From Callorhinchus milii (Eukaryota), in assembly GCF_018977255.1 (NCBI RefSeq), contig NW_024704742.1:107324001-107388000 (forward strand): a stretch of 64,000 nt of DNA. Direction: 5' to 3'. Position numbers and translations under genes: made by a program. Below, piece after piece: positions 51,162 through 63,630 of this stretch (positions are counted from its first letter, which is position 1; each line of letters opens with the position of its first letter). The notes below the pieces were generated by a model, which did no database searches, had not been told where the DNA came from, and worked only from the letters and a program-made list of their open reading frames with translations.

Positions 51162-52499
51162 TGTTGTGGTGGTAAATTTTAAGACAAAATGACTAGGACT
51201 AGGTGAAATTATGGATGTTATTTAACTTAACTGTATAACACTAACTAAAGTAAATCTTTATTTTTCTGGGATAATCACATCCAGTCTGGATATAAGCAAA
51301 TCTGCTGATCAGAAATCCTTTGTCTTTCCAAATTTATTGCATAAAGCAGTATTTGACTGCCCATTGCTATGTGCAGTTGTTAACATGCTTTTCCACTTGA
51401 AATTTGACATTTTAAACAGCTCCAGGAGTACTGTAGATGTAAGCGGAAGATGATTCATTGCTTAGTATTATAGTAAAATACATTTTTTTAAGTTTAGCAC
51501 CTTGGAGAGCAAGTAAAATGTCAAGAGAAATGTGCTTTTGTTTATCTGCTCGTAGTTCAGTTCAGGCATTTTAGATCTGGTGATGCCCCATGAACTCTGA
51601 ATGTCCCTTGAAAATCAATAGTGACACCAGAATATCATACTGGGCAGCATCAATATTTCAAAAGGTTAAGCATTTCTGAGAAGCTCTGAACTTGTACAAA
51701 GTGTTGAACATTTCAGGGTAAATGCAGTTGTCAGGCTGAAACAATAAAACATAATGCACTTATATAGTGCCTTTCATGTCAAGTAATTTCTCAAAGTGCT
51801 TTACAGAAACGTACCAGAAGGGAAATGGGTAGGATAGAAGGATGAGAGGGAACTAGCTAGATATCTACATAACGTTACAGTATATTCTGTGAAGCGCTTT
51901 GAGATGTCTCAAAGACGTGATAAGGCACTATATGAATGCAAGGATAAGAACATAAGAATTTGCTAGGCGAAAGAAGACCAAAGTCCATCTAGTTTGCCTT
52001 CCACTATCCTGACAGTTGCTTGACATGTTGTCTCCCAAACTATATACTGTATTTTGAGATATTCTTTTCTATTACTATTATTATTTCATTGAGATTGAAC
52101 TTTTACACACTTTTTAATGTCTGACACTAACTCACACAAAATAGATAATATTTCATGCAAACCAGATTACAGTGTATACTTAAGGGGAAAAAAGAGTAGG
52201 TGTTTTGGTTGAATGTGTGTTTTATCTCAGAGAATTGTGTATACCGGGTTCCTTAGCTGCACATTAAAATTAAATCATAAATTACTGCTTTAAAAAAAAG
52301 TTCATATTTACTTTTATTAATCAAAAATAGCTACAGGGTTTGAATTTGAAAGATTTGAAAGGTTAGATTTGCTAACTGTGATTGACATTTGCAGTTATTG
52401 GCAGAATGGCTTGTTGCGATTTCTAAAAGCCGACAGAATACAAAAAAAACTGCTGGAGAGCAAAAGGGCCCAATGTCGTGCACACAATTATGACATCTT

Positions 52500-53040
52500 A
52501 GAATCATAGAATATTGCAGCACAGATGGAGGCCATTTGGCCCATCGTGCCTGTGCTGGCTCTTTGGAAGAGCTTTACAATCAATCCCATTCCCCTGCTCT
52601 TTCCCCATATCCTTGCAAATTTTTCCTCTTCAAGTACCTATCCAGTTCCCTTTTGAAAGTTGTTATTGAATCTGTTTTCACCACCCTTTCAGGCAGTGCA
52701 TTCCAGACCATAACAAAAAAAATTCTCCTCATCTCCCCTCTGGTTCTTTTGCCAATTATTTTGAATCTGTGTCCCTTAGTTACCAATCCACCTGCCAGTA
52801 GAAACAGTTTCTCCCAATCTCCCAATCTACTCTATCATAATTTTGAACACCTCTATTAAATCCCCCCTCTGCTCTAAGGAGAACAGTCGTCCTCACTGTT
52901 TACCAGGTTCCCAAATTTCGTGTCATCTGAAAACTTTAAAATATTGCTCTCTAAAGCCAAGTCCAAGTAATTTATGTATATCAAAAAGACCAGTGGACCT
53001 AATACCAACCCCTGGGGGACATCATTGTATACTTTCCTTG
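52500..53040 (-). mobile_element. CR1 LINE 3' fragment
   Basis: TKGHRFKIIGKR...VWNALPERVV...FKRELDRYL and the CR1 3' tail. Confidence 0.85.
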
Positions 53041-53257
53041 AAGGGAATTGATTGAAGACACAGTTAAAGAGGTTAGATTTCTGGGATCATACTCTGCATA
53101 TGGTTAGATTTCAAAAGGGTTTCAAAAGCAAAGAGGGAGTGTGCGAGGTAGGGTGATTGAGGGGGAGAGTTCCAGAGAGATGGGACATATTGACTCAAAG
53201 TAACATTGCATAAGGTATCTGGTCAGCTAATCTCTACTGTTTATCTTTCTCTTACAG

Positions 53258-53540
53258 ATACTGGCTGACAAACAAGGTTTACATCAAGCGGCCCAGCACA
53301 GGCCTTCTCATGTACACGCTTGCAACTCGATTCTGTGATGAGATCCATCTTTATGGGTTCTGGCCCTTTCCAAAAGATGCAAATGGAACACCAGTTAAAT
53401 ACCATTACTATGATAACCTGAAGTACAGATATTTCTCCAATGCCGGACCACACCGAATGCCACTGGAGTTCAAGACATTAAAATCTTTGCATGACAGAGG
53501 AGCTCTGAAATTGACAACAGGGAAATGCGGGCAGCCCTAG
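53258..53540 (+). CDS. ST8SIA4: ST8SIA4 coding exon 5 (sialylmotifs S, III, VS; stop)
   Basis: Polypyrimidine tract + ttacag acceptor. [59 protein letters not shown] ends at 53540. Confidence 0.97.
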
Positions 53541-55700
53541 TGTTCACAATTCAAAAGCAGGATCCTGCCTTCTGATATGTTGGTGTGATTTGTACACACT
53601 GTGATTTGACCTGAAAAGATACTCACCAGTGATAATTACGACACTGCTGTAAAGTGCCCATCGCCAGCTAAGCTTGTAGCCGCAGAGTGTTCCAATTGAA
53701 CGAGGTAGACTCAATGTTAGGAGCAAAATGCAAGCAGTGACGTGTTAACAAGGATTGAATATTGAGTGGGTAGGCTCGAGAGATTTGCCATCACTAGCAG
53801 GGCTCTGAAATTATTGAAGTCTGAGAGGTCCTGAGAACTTAATGGGGCCTGGTGTTAACCAGAGGTGGCCAGTATATATCTTAAGCAACTGCCTCAGCGA
53901 GCGATCAATGCTGTTATAGCATCCAAGCTTTACAATAATAATTTGGTGACAGTTTCAACACTTTCTTGTCATTGCTGTGACTTATGCGAGTACGCGAATT
54001 GGTCAAGGGTAATATCAGCTGTGGGAAGCCACCAGAAGAACGGAATGGCTGACAGCACTTTGCTCAGTTTCTTTGGTAGTTTTATAGCTCAAAGAATGTG
54101 AAAGACGTTGTCTCGTGGTGTGTTGAATGTGAACTGTGAAACTTAAAGGTGCCCTTTGTGCTGGTACCAAAGATCTTTATATAGTGAATCTTAGAACTTG
54201 CTTTTTGGAGACTGGGATTTGGGGAAAGTGTTACTGAGGTAAAGTGTTTTGTGCAATTGCTGTATAGTTTGTGCAGGGGAAATGAGAAGAGGAAGGGAGT
54301 GCAGCAGAGAGGAATCAAAAAGCACAGGTTTTATGTCAATAGAAGCACATCTGTACTAGTTCCTTAAAAGAACGTTAAATAGGAACTTTTTTTAAAAAAC
54401 AACGTACATTTCAGCAGTTTACACAAACAAAATGCTCCCAGTGTTCTGTGTCAGGCTTTGGTACGTTGGGGTGTGGAAAATCTGACCAGTTGCACCGCTA
54501 CTTATTTCATACTTAGTTAGCAAAGTTTCCAATACTCCTCCTTTCAGTTCTTCATATTGACATTACTGCGGTCGGTCAACTTCTGTTCTCTAACAGTGTG
54601 CTTCCCACAGAATAGAGTTCCTCTTTAAAATGCTATCAATTTGAATACAGCAGACTCCCTGCTAATTTTAGAACAGTACCATATGTCAGTTACTTGGGGT
54701 CTAACATGCTGTTTGGTGCTGCTAATGTTTTTTTGTTCCAGACAGTTTGCTAGAGTTAGCGAACAGCACATGTTAGAACACAGTGTGTAGAGTAAGGATG
54801 GTTGAATCAGTATTTTTTATGACGTTTTGTGATAGTTTTGACTTGAATTCATATAGTTGGTCAAAGTGATATCCAGCTGTGATTTCACAACTAAGAGTCT
54901 GTACTGCTGGTGAGAGACTGGCTCAGCTCCAAGCTTCCATGTCAAGTGAAGCTTCCTATTCTGGATGATCAGGGTAATCTGCTTTGATGAAAGAGACCGA
55001 CCAATTAAAGTTTGGTTGTGGGCCAGCCTAATGCGATTAGCCGGGTGTGGGTGGGCCAGTCCAACACTGGTTCTTCCCTGCTTGCAGTCAATTAAACACA
55101 CTGTGGGATCTAAGTGATTGAAAATATTACCAGTTAATAGTACACTTCTTCCAGCTAAAAGGAGAAGACGGTTTGCTGAGAGTTCCAGAGATCCTGCTAT
55201 CCTCACAGTATAAATGGGAAGTAAATTGATTAGGAATCCTTCTTTGAAACTAGAAGAAGCAGACCATTCTGGGGTTTAATTTGTGATGTTTCTTAATGGT
55301 ATTCCTTAATGAAAGCTGTGCTAGAATGGATGGAGTTCTCTCGAGACAATATGATGCATTTATGTAAATTACATCAAGGAATTCTCATCTGTACCACTCG
55401 CAATCGTTATTAAGGAATCCCATTAAGAAACACTACAAATTAGATATCCCTTTGTTTGTGTTGAGATCTCAGCTGGCAGAAATTTTGGATCCTCACAGTA
55501 CAATGTCATGTTTTATTATTGAAGCCTTGACTATTTATTACAATGTTTTTACACTTGAAAAATAAACCTTTTTTTTAACTTTTTTTCACACACCTTGGAA
55601 ACTCTTCGAACACCTTAGCAACAAGTTTCTTTGTGGATCCTCCCCTCCCCGCTGACCTTTTTCAGCCTACATCGGTCGCTGCCTCAATAAAAACATTATT
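53541..55700 (+). other. Probable ST8SIA4 3' UTR with candidate polyadenylation signals
   Basis: ~2.2 kb with no recognisable LINE/SINE after the stop. AATAAA at 55561-55566 and 55686-55691, followed by T-rich sequence; SINE fragments resume after ~55830. Confidence 0.5.
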
Positions 55701-56209
55701 CGTAACTTGGTCTTTTTCACCACAGTGATTTTATTTCCATTTATTGGAAAAGTGTGGATTCACTTAGCCAGTCTTGACTAGTACAATTTGGAGGTTTCTC
55801 CCTGTGTTGTGTGCAATAATTCTTTAGATAAAATTGGTCATTTACTTCATGGATGCTTGTGGGATATTGCTGTGGGCGAATTACTTGCTGCTTTCGGCCA
55901 TTAAATGCACAGTCAATACACTTTACAGTATATTGTGTGAAGCACTTTGAGAAGTCCTCCCGACATGAAATGTCAAATGTAAGGATTATTATAATTTTGC
56001 TAAAAGAGAGAGAAGTCCAATCTAGCCAACCTATCCACCTAACTCAGTTAAGTTCTGGAGTTAATGTCTACTGGATTCAAGTCTGACTTGGATTGCTGCA
56101 GACCTCCTCCATGTGGGCTTGGCACAACAGCGCAGCCCAAGAGAATCCCCAATTTAAAACTGCTTTTGCGCCTTGAAGTAGCACTTCAACATCGCAGATC
56201 AGGAAAGCA

Positions 56210-56382
56210 AATAATCCTTCAATCCACGACTGTTTGTGGGACACTGCTGTACGCAATTGGCTGCCACATTTTGCCCACAAATATACAGTCAATTCACTTT
56301 ACAGTCTAATCTGTGAAGTGCTTTGAGACGTCTAGAAGACGTGAAAAAGCGCTATATCAAATGCAAGGATTATTATTATTAT
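56210..56382 (+). mobile_element. tRNA-SINE 3' fragment
   Basis: SINE core, tail and (TTA)n. Confidence 0.85.
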
Positions 56383-56831
56383 TTTTATAAATAAAGTCAT
56401 TTTCCTGTTTGGCTTTCTCCCCAATTACCTGCCTGGAGGCGAGGAGAAAGGATCCAGCTCTGTGTTAGGGAATAACCAATCCAAACACCCATCTAGATGT
56501 CCCTCAAGGTTCCTTTGATATTATTAAATAAGACTGACTCCTTTTGGTGGACAGAACTCCTTTTTGACACTCCCTTTTATGTTTCCTGTTTGTCATTTGT
56601 GTTGATAGTTAAGGATGGCAGTCACCAGCCTCAAGCTGTGCTAATTGTTTTGTAACAATTTACATTTATACAACACCCTTCTTGTAGGATAGCATCTCGG
56701 AACGCTGGTAATAATCAAGGAAATTCGTACTGGTAATAATTATGAATATAATTTGTAACAGTTATCACAAGGAACAGATTATTGGAAAACACAAATATTT
56801 AACTTCCCAAACTGTTTAGATGGTTGATAAC

Positions 56832-57069
56832 CCTGTAAAATTAATTGACTGTATATTTTATGGGCGAACGCAGCAGCCAATTGTGCACAGCAATGTCCCA
56901 CAAACAGTCGTGGATTGAAAATGACCAATTTATTATTGTTTTGTTTTGGAGGGATTATTATTAGGCGTGTGGAGTAAGGAAACTTGCCCAAGGTTTCACC
57001 CTGCCTGGAATTGATCTCAGGTCTCTCACTTGCAAAGCGAGTGCTCTAACCACTGAGCTACAGGACTCC
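56832..57069 (-). mobile_element. tRNA-SINE, short form, tail missing
   Basis: Reverse complement of the head and core. Confidence 0.88.
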
Positions 57070-57324
57070 ACGCATTGCATTGATAAGATCAGAATAAGTC
57101 CCGTTTCTTTTGCAATCGCAGCAGGGAGTTGTTCACTCTGTTTGGGCTCCTCTCAGGCACACGAGAACTAGGTGGTGAGTTTGTGTTATGGTTCATATAC
57201 AGATTAGAGAGCAGAAAACACAAAAACAAGAGCCTTAAACTAGATTTTTGAATGGCTTGCCTATCTTCACATCCTTCAGGTTTACACTGTTCTGGAACTA
57301 GGTCCATACCAATTCTGTCATTTT

Positions 57325-57725
57325 ATAATAATCCTTGCATTTGATATAGCGCCTTATCACATTGTTGAGATGTCTCAAAGCACCACAGAATGTTACTTTA
57401 CCGGGGCAGCCAATTTGCGCACTGCAGTATCCCAAAAAGAGCCATGAATTGAATGACCATTTTTTAAAACCTGACCAGGACACTGGGAGAAATTCCCTTC
57501 TCTTTAGAACTATGCCATGGATCTTCAATGTCCAACTGAATACGTAGATTGGACCTCAGTTCAACATCTCTTCCGAATGACGGGACCTCTGACATTGCAG
57601 CTCTTCACTGCACTGGAGTGTCAGCCTAGGCTGAGTTCAGATTCCTAATATGACTCATTTTAAGGTCATATGTAACCCATAAGCTTCAGACTCAAGAGGC
57701 AAGAGCGCTACCAAATGAGCTATAC
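57325..57725 (-). mobile_element. Older Deu-type SINE
   Basis: gccatggatcttcaatgtccaactga...ctctgacattgcagc...cactgcactggagtgtcagcctag...gactcaagaggcaagagcgctacc. Confidence 0.7.
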
Positions 57726-57869
57726 TAATATCCCACAAAATACACAGTCATTACACTTAACAGTAAATCTTGTGAAGCACTTTGAGATGTCCTTCTGAAG
57801 TAAAAGGCATTATACCAAATCATGTATTATAATTCCACACTTGTTTAAAATTGATAATAAGCTAAAAGG

Positions 57870-59612
57870 TCGATCACGCCATCCTCCTCCACTGCCTTTC
57901 CTCCGTCATCCACCTCAGTGGGACCACACTCGCCTGGTTCGAGTCCTACCTCACAAACTGCCAGCAGTACATCTCCACAAACGGCTTTTCCTCCCGCTCT
58001 CATCCGGTTACCTGCGGGATACCCCAAGGATCCATCCTTGGTCCCCTCCTCTTCCTAATCTATATGCTGCCTCTTGGGGATGTCATCTGCAACAACAACA
58101 ACAACAACAAGATTCCATTTATAGAGCGCCTTTCACGTCAGGAGGACGTCCCAAGGCGCTGCACAGTTGGGTCATGACCCGAGCAGGGGGGAAATGGTCA
58201 GGGTGAGGGGAGGGAAGGGAGGGAGCGAGGAGGGGGAAATGGTCAGGGTGAGGGGAGGGAAGGGAGGGAGAGAGGAGGGGGGAAATGGTCAGGGTGAGGG
58301 GAGGGAAGGGAGGGAGCGAGGAGGAGGAAGAAAGTCGAGAGGGGAGCTGAAGGCACGGTCAAAGAGAAAGGTTTTGAGACCGGCCTTGAAGGAGGAAAGG
58401 GAGGAGGCGGCGAAGGCACTGGGGGATGGAGTTCCAGAGCCTGGGGGCTGAGAGGCTGAAGGCCCGACCACCGATAGTAGGGCGGTTGGGGCGGGGGACG
58501 TGGAGCAGACCGGAGCCAGAGGAACGGAGGGTACGGGCAGGTAGGTAGGGGGATAGTAGGTTGGAGAGGTAGGAGGGAGCAAGGCCGTGAATGGCCTTGT
58601 AGGTGAGGATGAGGATCTTGAAATCAAAGGTGAGGATGAGGATCTTGAAATCTGCAGACATGGGGTACACTTCCACATGTATGCGGACGACACCCAACTC
58701 TATTTTTCCACCTCACTTTGCGACCCCCAATCCCCTGATGTTCTGTCAGCCTGCCTGTCAGACCTCAGGGGCTGGATGAGCACGAATTTCCTTCAGCTAA
58801 ATGTTGACAAGATGGAAGCCATACTCCTTGGCTCTCATCAAAATCTTCAATCGCACGGTTCTCACCTCCTTCACCTACCCAACCGGCCACTAAAACCCTC
58901 CGAACCTATATGCAACCTAGGCATCTGGTTCGACCCCCAATTATCCTTCCTCACCCACATCCAGTCCCTCATCGGCACCGCTTTCTTCCACCTCCGATGC
59001 ATCACCCGTCTCCGCCAATATCTCACCCCAAAAGTTGCCGAAACCCTGGTCCATGCCTCTGTAATCCCTTAGCTGGACTATTCAAATGCCCTCCTCGCCG
59101 GTTAACCTCCACTACCATTCATAAAATCCAGGTCATCCAGAATTCTGCCGCCCGCATCCTTACCCATACGAATTCCGCTCCCCGATTACCCAGTCCTTGC
59201 CAGACTGCACTGGCTGCTGTCCCAGAGAGGATCGATTTCAAGATCCTCACTCTTGTTTTCAAATCGCTCCACTCCTCTGCACCCTCCTACCTCTCTGACC
59301 TCTCTCCTCACAACAGTGCCCGTTGCCTTTACTCGACCAGGTCTGGCCTCCGTGTCCCCCGAATCCTCCGCTCCACCATCGCTGACCGTGCCTTCAGCCA
59401 CTAACCCCCGAGGCTCTGGAACTCCCTTCCTCACTCCCTTCGCCCCTTCTCTTCCTACTTTCAAGTCTTGACTAAAGACCTTTCCTTTCAACCGTGCCTT
59501 TGGTCAACGTCTTCCCCCTCCCCCTGGCTCGGTCCCGGGATCCGTTACTGTAAAACGCTCTGAGACGCCGTCCTGCGTGGAGGGTACTATATAAATCCAA
59601 GTTGTTGTTGTT
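57870..59612 (+). mobile_element. L2 LINE (second subfamily) interrupted by a younger L2
   Basis: 5' part 57870-58090 (GIPQGSILGPLLFLIYMLPLGDVIC) continues at 58651 ([16 protein letters not shown]...) to the tail at 59612. Confidence 0.9.
58092..58649 (-). mobile_element. Young L2 3' fragment nested in antisense orientation
   Basis: Near-identical to 50680-51161. (CAA)n tail at 58092-58110, atctgca on both sides. Confidence 0.93.
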
Positions 59613-60784
59613 GACTCTTTCTGGCTGTTCAAACTCCCATTCATTGTTGCCACGCACTCAGTCTAGAGAAATCATCCCTGATAGTGGAGCTGCTGTCACG
59701 ACTCAGCCTGACCTAAATTATGAATTCTAATTGAAGAGACACCATAACAGGTTTATATTTAGGCACAGTGTGGATCCAAAGGCTAGTAGCCTCACCAGTT
59801 ACTGGAGCTGATCATTATAAAGACATACGGAGCAGGAGCATAGCTGGAAGAGGTCAAATGCTGTGGTACATAAGGTTGAATGATGGCTCGCTTATTCTGC
59901 ATATGTCTACAGATGGTGCCTTGAAGGATATAGGAATAAGATAATTCAGTGCAGTTGATATTTGCATTGTTGCTGGTAAAGCAATGACCAGCTCGTAATC
60001 TGCATCTACATTTTAAGAGACACATTACACAGCTGTGCAACTGCCTAATAAATTATTCTTAATCTCTAACTGCATTAACCACCATTAATGCACATGAAGG
60101 ATAATAATAATAATAATCCTTTCAATTGATATAGAGTCTCACCTCAAAGAAATTGGGAAGTGAGGGAGAATTCTGCCTATCCTTGGCCTGGAAATTCATG
60201 CATTCTGCATCTATTGAGCAGATTGTTGCCTCTGTCTTGAGACATCTGGCCATGTTGGTCCCTTAGTGTATGCAGCACAGTCCAGCTCCACAAATAAAAA
60301 TAATCCTTACAATTAATAGAGAGCCTTTCACGTCAGGAGGATGTCTCAAAACGCTGCATAGGATAAACTGTAAAGTGTAGCTTGCAGGTGAAGGGGGAGG
60401 TTCCTATTTTGTAGGAGCTCCATTGGATATCTGAATACTAATCCATTCACAACCATTCAAATATTCTTTACTCATTGCTCACGGCCTCTGTATTTTATCA
60501 CTGATTAGCTAGAGGATTTGTACCCTAGGTACTGATGCCAGAAACAACACAGCAAGAATATGATGTTCAACATGTGTCTATCAACACTTGATCCATAAAA
60601 AAGCTTCATATGTCAATAGCAAGCTGCTTAATAGTCTCAGGCAAAATAGGCCAAAGTTAAGAACTTCAAAGAGAGGGCCTTGTTCGCCCACATCCTCCCT
60701 TCTAGGGATGTTAGTTGACTTTTGCTCATTAAACAACCGGGCAGTCAATAGCCAAACAGGATACTGGGCTACAGCCAAAATCCA

Positions 60785-61150
60785 GATGCCATACTCAAGC
60801 TATACAAAGCTCTGATCAGACCTCACTTAGAGTATTACATACAGTTCTGGTCCCTGTGACATAAAGTAGCTGCCCAGGTCCTAGATGCAGTGCAGAAAAG
60901 AGTGATGAGAATCATCCCCAGTGTTAGAAGAATGAGTTATGAGCAATGAAAAGCTCTTCATTTTTATTTGAGTATTTTAGTAGTTATCTCAGATAGAGGA
61001 ATATAACATTTTAAATAAGATTGAAAAAGTAAACCTAGGACAATACTTTCAGATGCACGAAGACTGTAGAAGACGAGGACATTGGTTTAAAGCTATAAAG
61101 GCCAATTTCAGGATAGATACCAGGAAGTTTTTCTTAATCAAGTGTTGATA
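60785..61150 (+). mobile_element. Degraded CR1 LINE fragment
   Basis: ctatacaaagctctgatcagacctcacttagagtattacatacagttctggtcc (LYKALIRPHLEY..QFWS). Confidence 0.7.
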
Positions 61151-62182
61151 CTATGAAGGGATGCCATTAGAGTGGTGGGAATTTTAGAAGGATGAGATAA
61201 TAGGTCAAAGGTCCTTCTTCATACAAATCATTCTTACGATCGAATACAAGGATTATTATTATTATTATTATCATTCTTATGATCAAATATAAGGATTATA
61301 TTTTCCATGCTGAATATATATGGTGAATACCTTTACACTCAAACCAAATTAGGCACTCAAAACATTGGGAATCGGTCTCATGTAGCAAAAGATTAGTAGC
61401 AACAATACAGGTTGTTGGTGCTATTTCAAACTGAGATTAACGGTGTAACTTTCTGGACATCATCGTGACTCAGCAACAGGAGAATATTGTGCATCAATGC
61501 TTCCTTTCAAAACTGGTGTATAAAAATTACAGGGAGGTTCATGGAAGCAAAACCTTCCTGTACATAATGATTCCAAACTGCTTAAATTTCATCCTCCCTC
61601 ACAGTTTATGGCATCATCTTAATCCCTGCTTGTTTATTTCAAGCTACATAGACAGACTGCAAGAGGGAATTTGATCTTTTTCCTAATAATATTAATAATT
61701 CTTGTATGTGATATAGCTCCATCGGTGAGATATCTCAAAGCACTTCACAGAATATACTGCAAAGTGAATTGACTGTGTATTTTGTGGGCAAAAATGTTCC
61801 ACTGACATTTGTAGGGCTGAGGAGAAATTCCAGTGAGCATTACCTGTGGTGATGTTGGCTACTAAAGGGATTTCCCATAATAATCATGCGTCACCTAAAG
61901 CACTGAGGGGGGAGATCCAGCTGGATCTGATTTCCTCTTTTTATTTGCCAATTCACAGTGTCCAGATAGGTAAATTGTTGAATTTGGTCTTAACTTTGAG
62001 GGCGGTTTTCTGTAGTTCTTAAACAAAATGTAATTGTACATAACGATAGGACAGGAGAGCAATACTAACAGCAATTCAGACTCTTTGCTTGAGTGTGTAA
62101 TAACTGGTGCTATATGACAAGCTGCTCATTGCTCCAGGGGCCACATAGCAATTAATATTGTACCATAGGCTCACGTCTTTAC

Positions 62183-62350
62183 AAAACATAAACAGGAAAC
62201 GTTGGAAATTCACAGAAGCTCGATGAGTATGAAAGTAAAGTTTCACTTTTGGGTGGGCCCCTTTCCTTCCATTCTGATAAAGAGTAACATCCTTGATTTT
62301 CAGATATGAATCAATCTGCTGTGACTTCTAGCCTTTATTTTAGATTTTAA
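62183..62350. mobile_element. Degraded Penelope-like terminal repeat
   Basis: Weak similarity to 112-345; its first ~70 bp recur at 62672-62742. Confidence 0.4.
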
Positions 62351-62799
62351 CTCAGTGGCTGTTTTTTTTCTCCTTTTATGTGCACTGCGAGGTTTGTTTT
62401 CAGGCAGCTCGAAGTGAGATTCTCACCTCACTTCGTTAGTTTGAGGTTAGTATGGCCATTAACTTAAAATATAAATATCGCTGGTTCCATCCCTCGACTG
62501 AACTGTGAGGATAATTTTAGTGGGGGCAGCAGTAGTTCTGTTGTAGTTGATTTTAGTATCCCATAGGCAGCTGGTGAAAATATTCTTGGGGTGGCGGACT
62601 CAGTGGTCAACCTATGAGATAGGTGTAGCCTCTGTGCCAGTGTCAAAGATGGCTGCCTCTCCCTCCCTCCCAACAGGAAACGTTGGAAATTCACAGAAGC
62701 TCAATGAGTATATGAAAGTAAAGTTTCACTTTTGGGTGTGCCCTGATACATAGGATCAGTACCAGCTTCAAAGATGACCACTCCGCCACCCTTCTCACA

Positions 62800-63270
62800 A
62801 GCAGATTTCAAGCTACTTCTCTCACAACAAGTCCCTTATGCTCTGGGTGAAAAAGAAGCACCTGAATTTAGCTTTTATTGCTAACTTCTTGTCTGAACCC
62901 TTCAACACAGAGAACAGTCTGCATAGATCATCATTGTTAATCCCCTTCAGAAACTTGAAAACTTCAATTTGGTCACCTAAAAGCTTCTCCATTCCAAAGG
63001 AAACACATAGCAAAACAGGAATAAAACAAGGCCATTCATCCCACCAAGCATATTCCACCAGTCCATTACATCTTGGTAGATCTTCCAATCCAAATGTTCC
63101 TCCTTGCCACCTTTACATCACTACTATCTGATTATCTCTCTTTTAAATATTGATTCCATTTCTACAGCTTTCTGGAGTAGAATATTCTACATTTTCACAA
63201 CCCTCAGTGCGAAGAAATGCTTCCTGATTTCAGTTCTCATTGTCTTGGTTAAATTTTTAATGCTATACCC
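62800..63270 (-). mobile_element. Degraded CR1 fragments
   Basis: LGDQIEVFKFLKG...FFFTQ and CR1 3'-end-like sequence. Confidence 0.6.
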
Positions 63271-63630
63271 ACTTTGTGTAGCCATTCAGACTGGTGGAAC
63301 AGGCTGATGTGCTGAATGGCCTTCTCTGAAAGCCCCCTTTCACTCATAAAATATACAGTCAATTGACTTTACAGTATATTCTCTGAAGCACTTTGAGGCG
63401 CCTTGAAGAGGTGATGAGGCGCTACATCAAATGCAAGGATTATTATTTGTAATAGATATTCTAATTCATGTTAAATAAAACAGGACAAACTTAAATTCCT
63501 GATACCTGAAAACTTCTTCATTGCTCCCTTTGTAACCTGCCTGGAATTAGAAGATCACAACAGAACATGGGACTCTTAGGTTTCAGATACTTGCAGGACA
63601 CAAACTAACTCACAGAGCTTATTCTCCCCA

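Noticed and set aside
15840..53540. ST8SIA2 as the gene identity
   Set aside because: The five-exon layout, the N-terminus and diagnostic strings ([49 protein letters not shown]) fit ST8SIA4.
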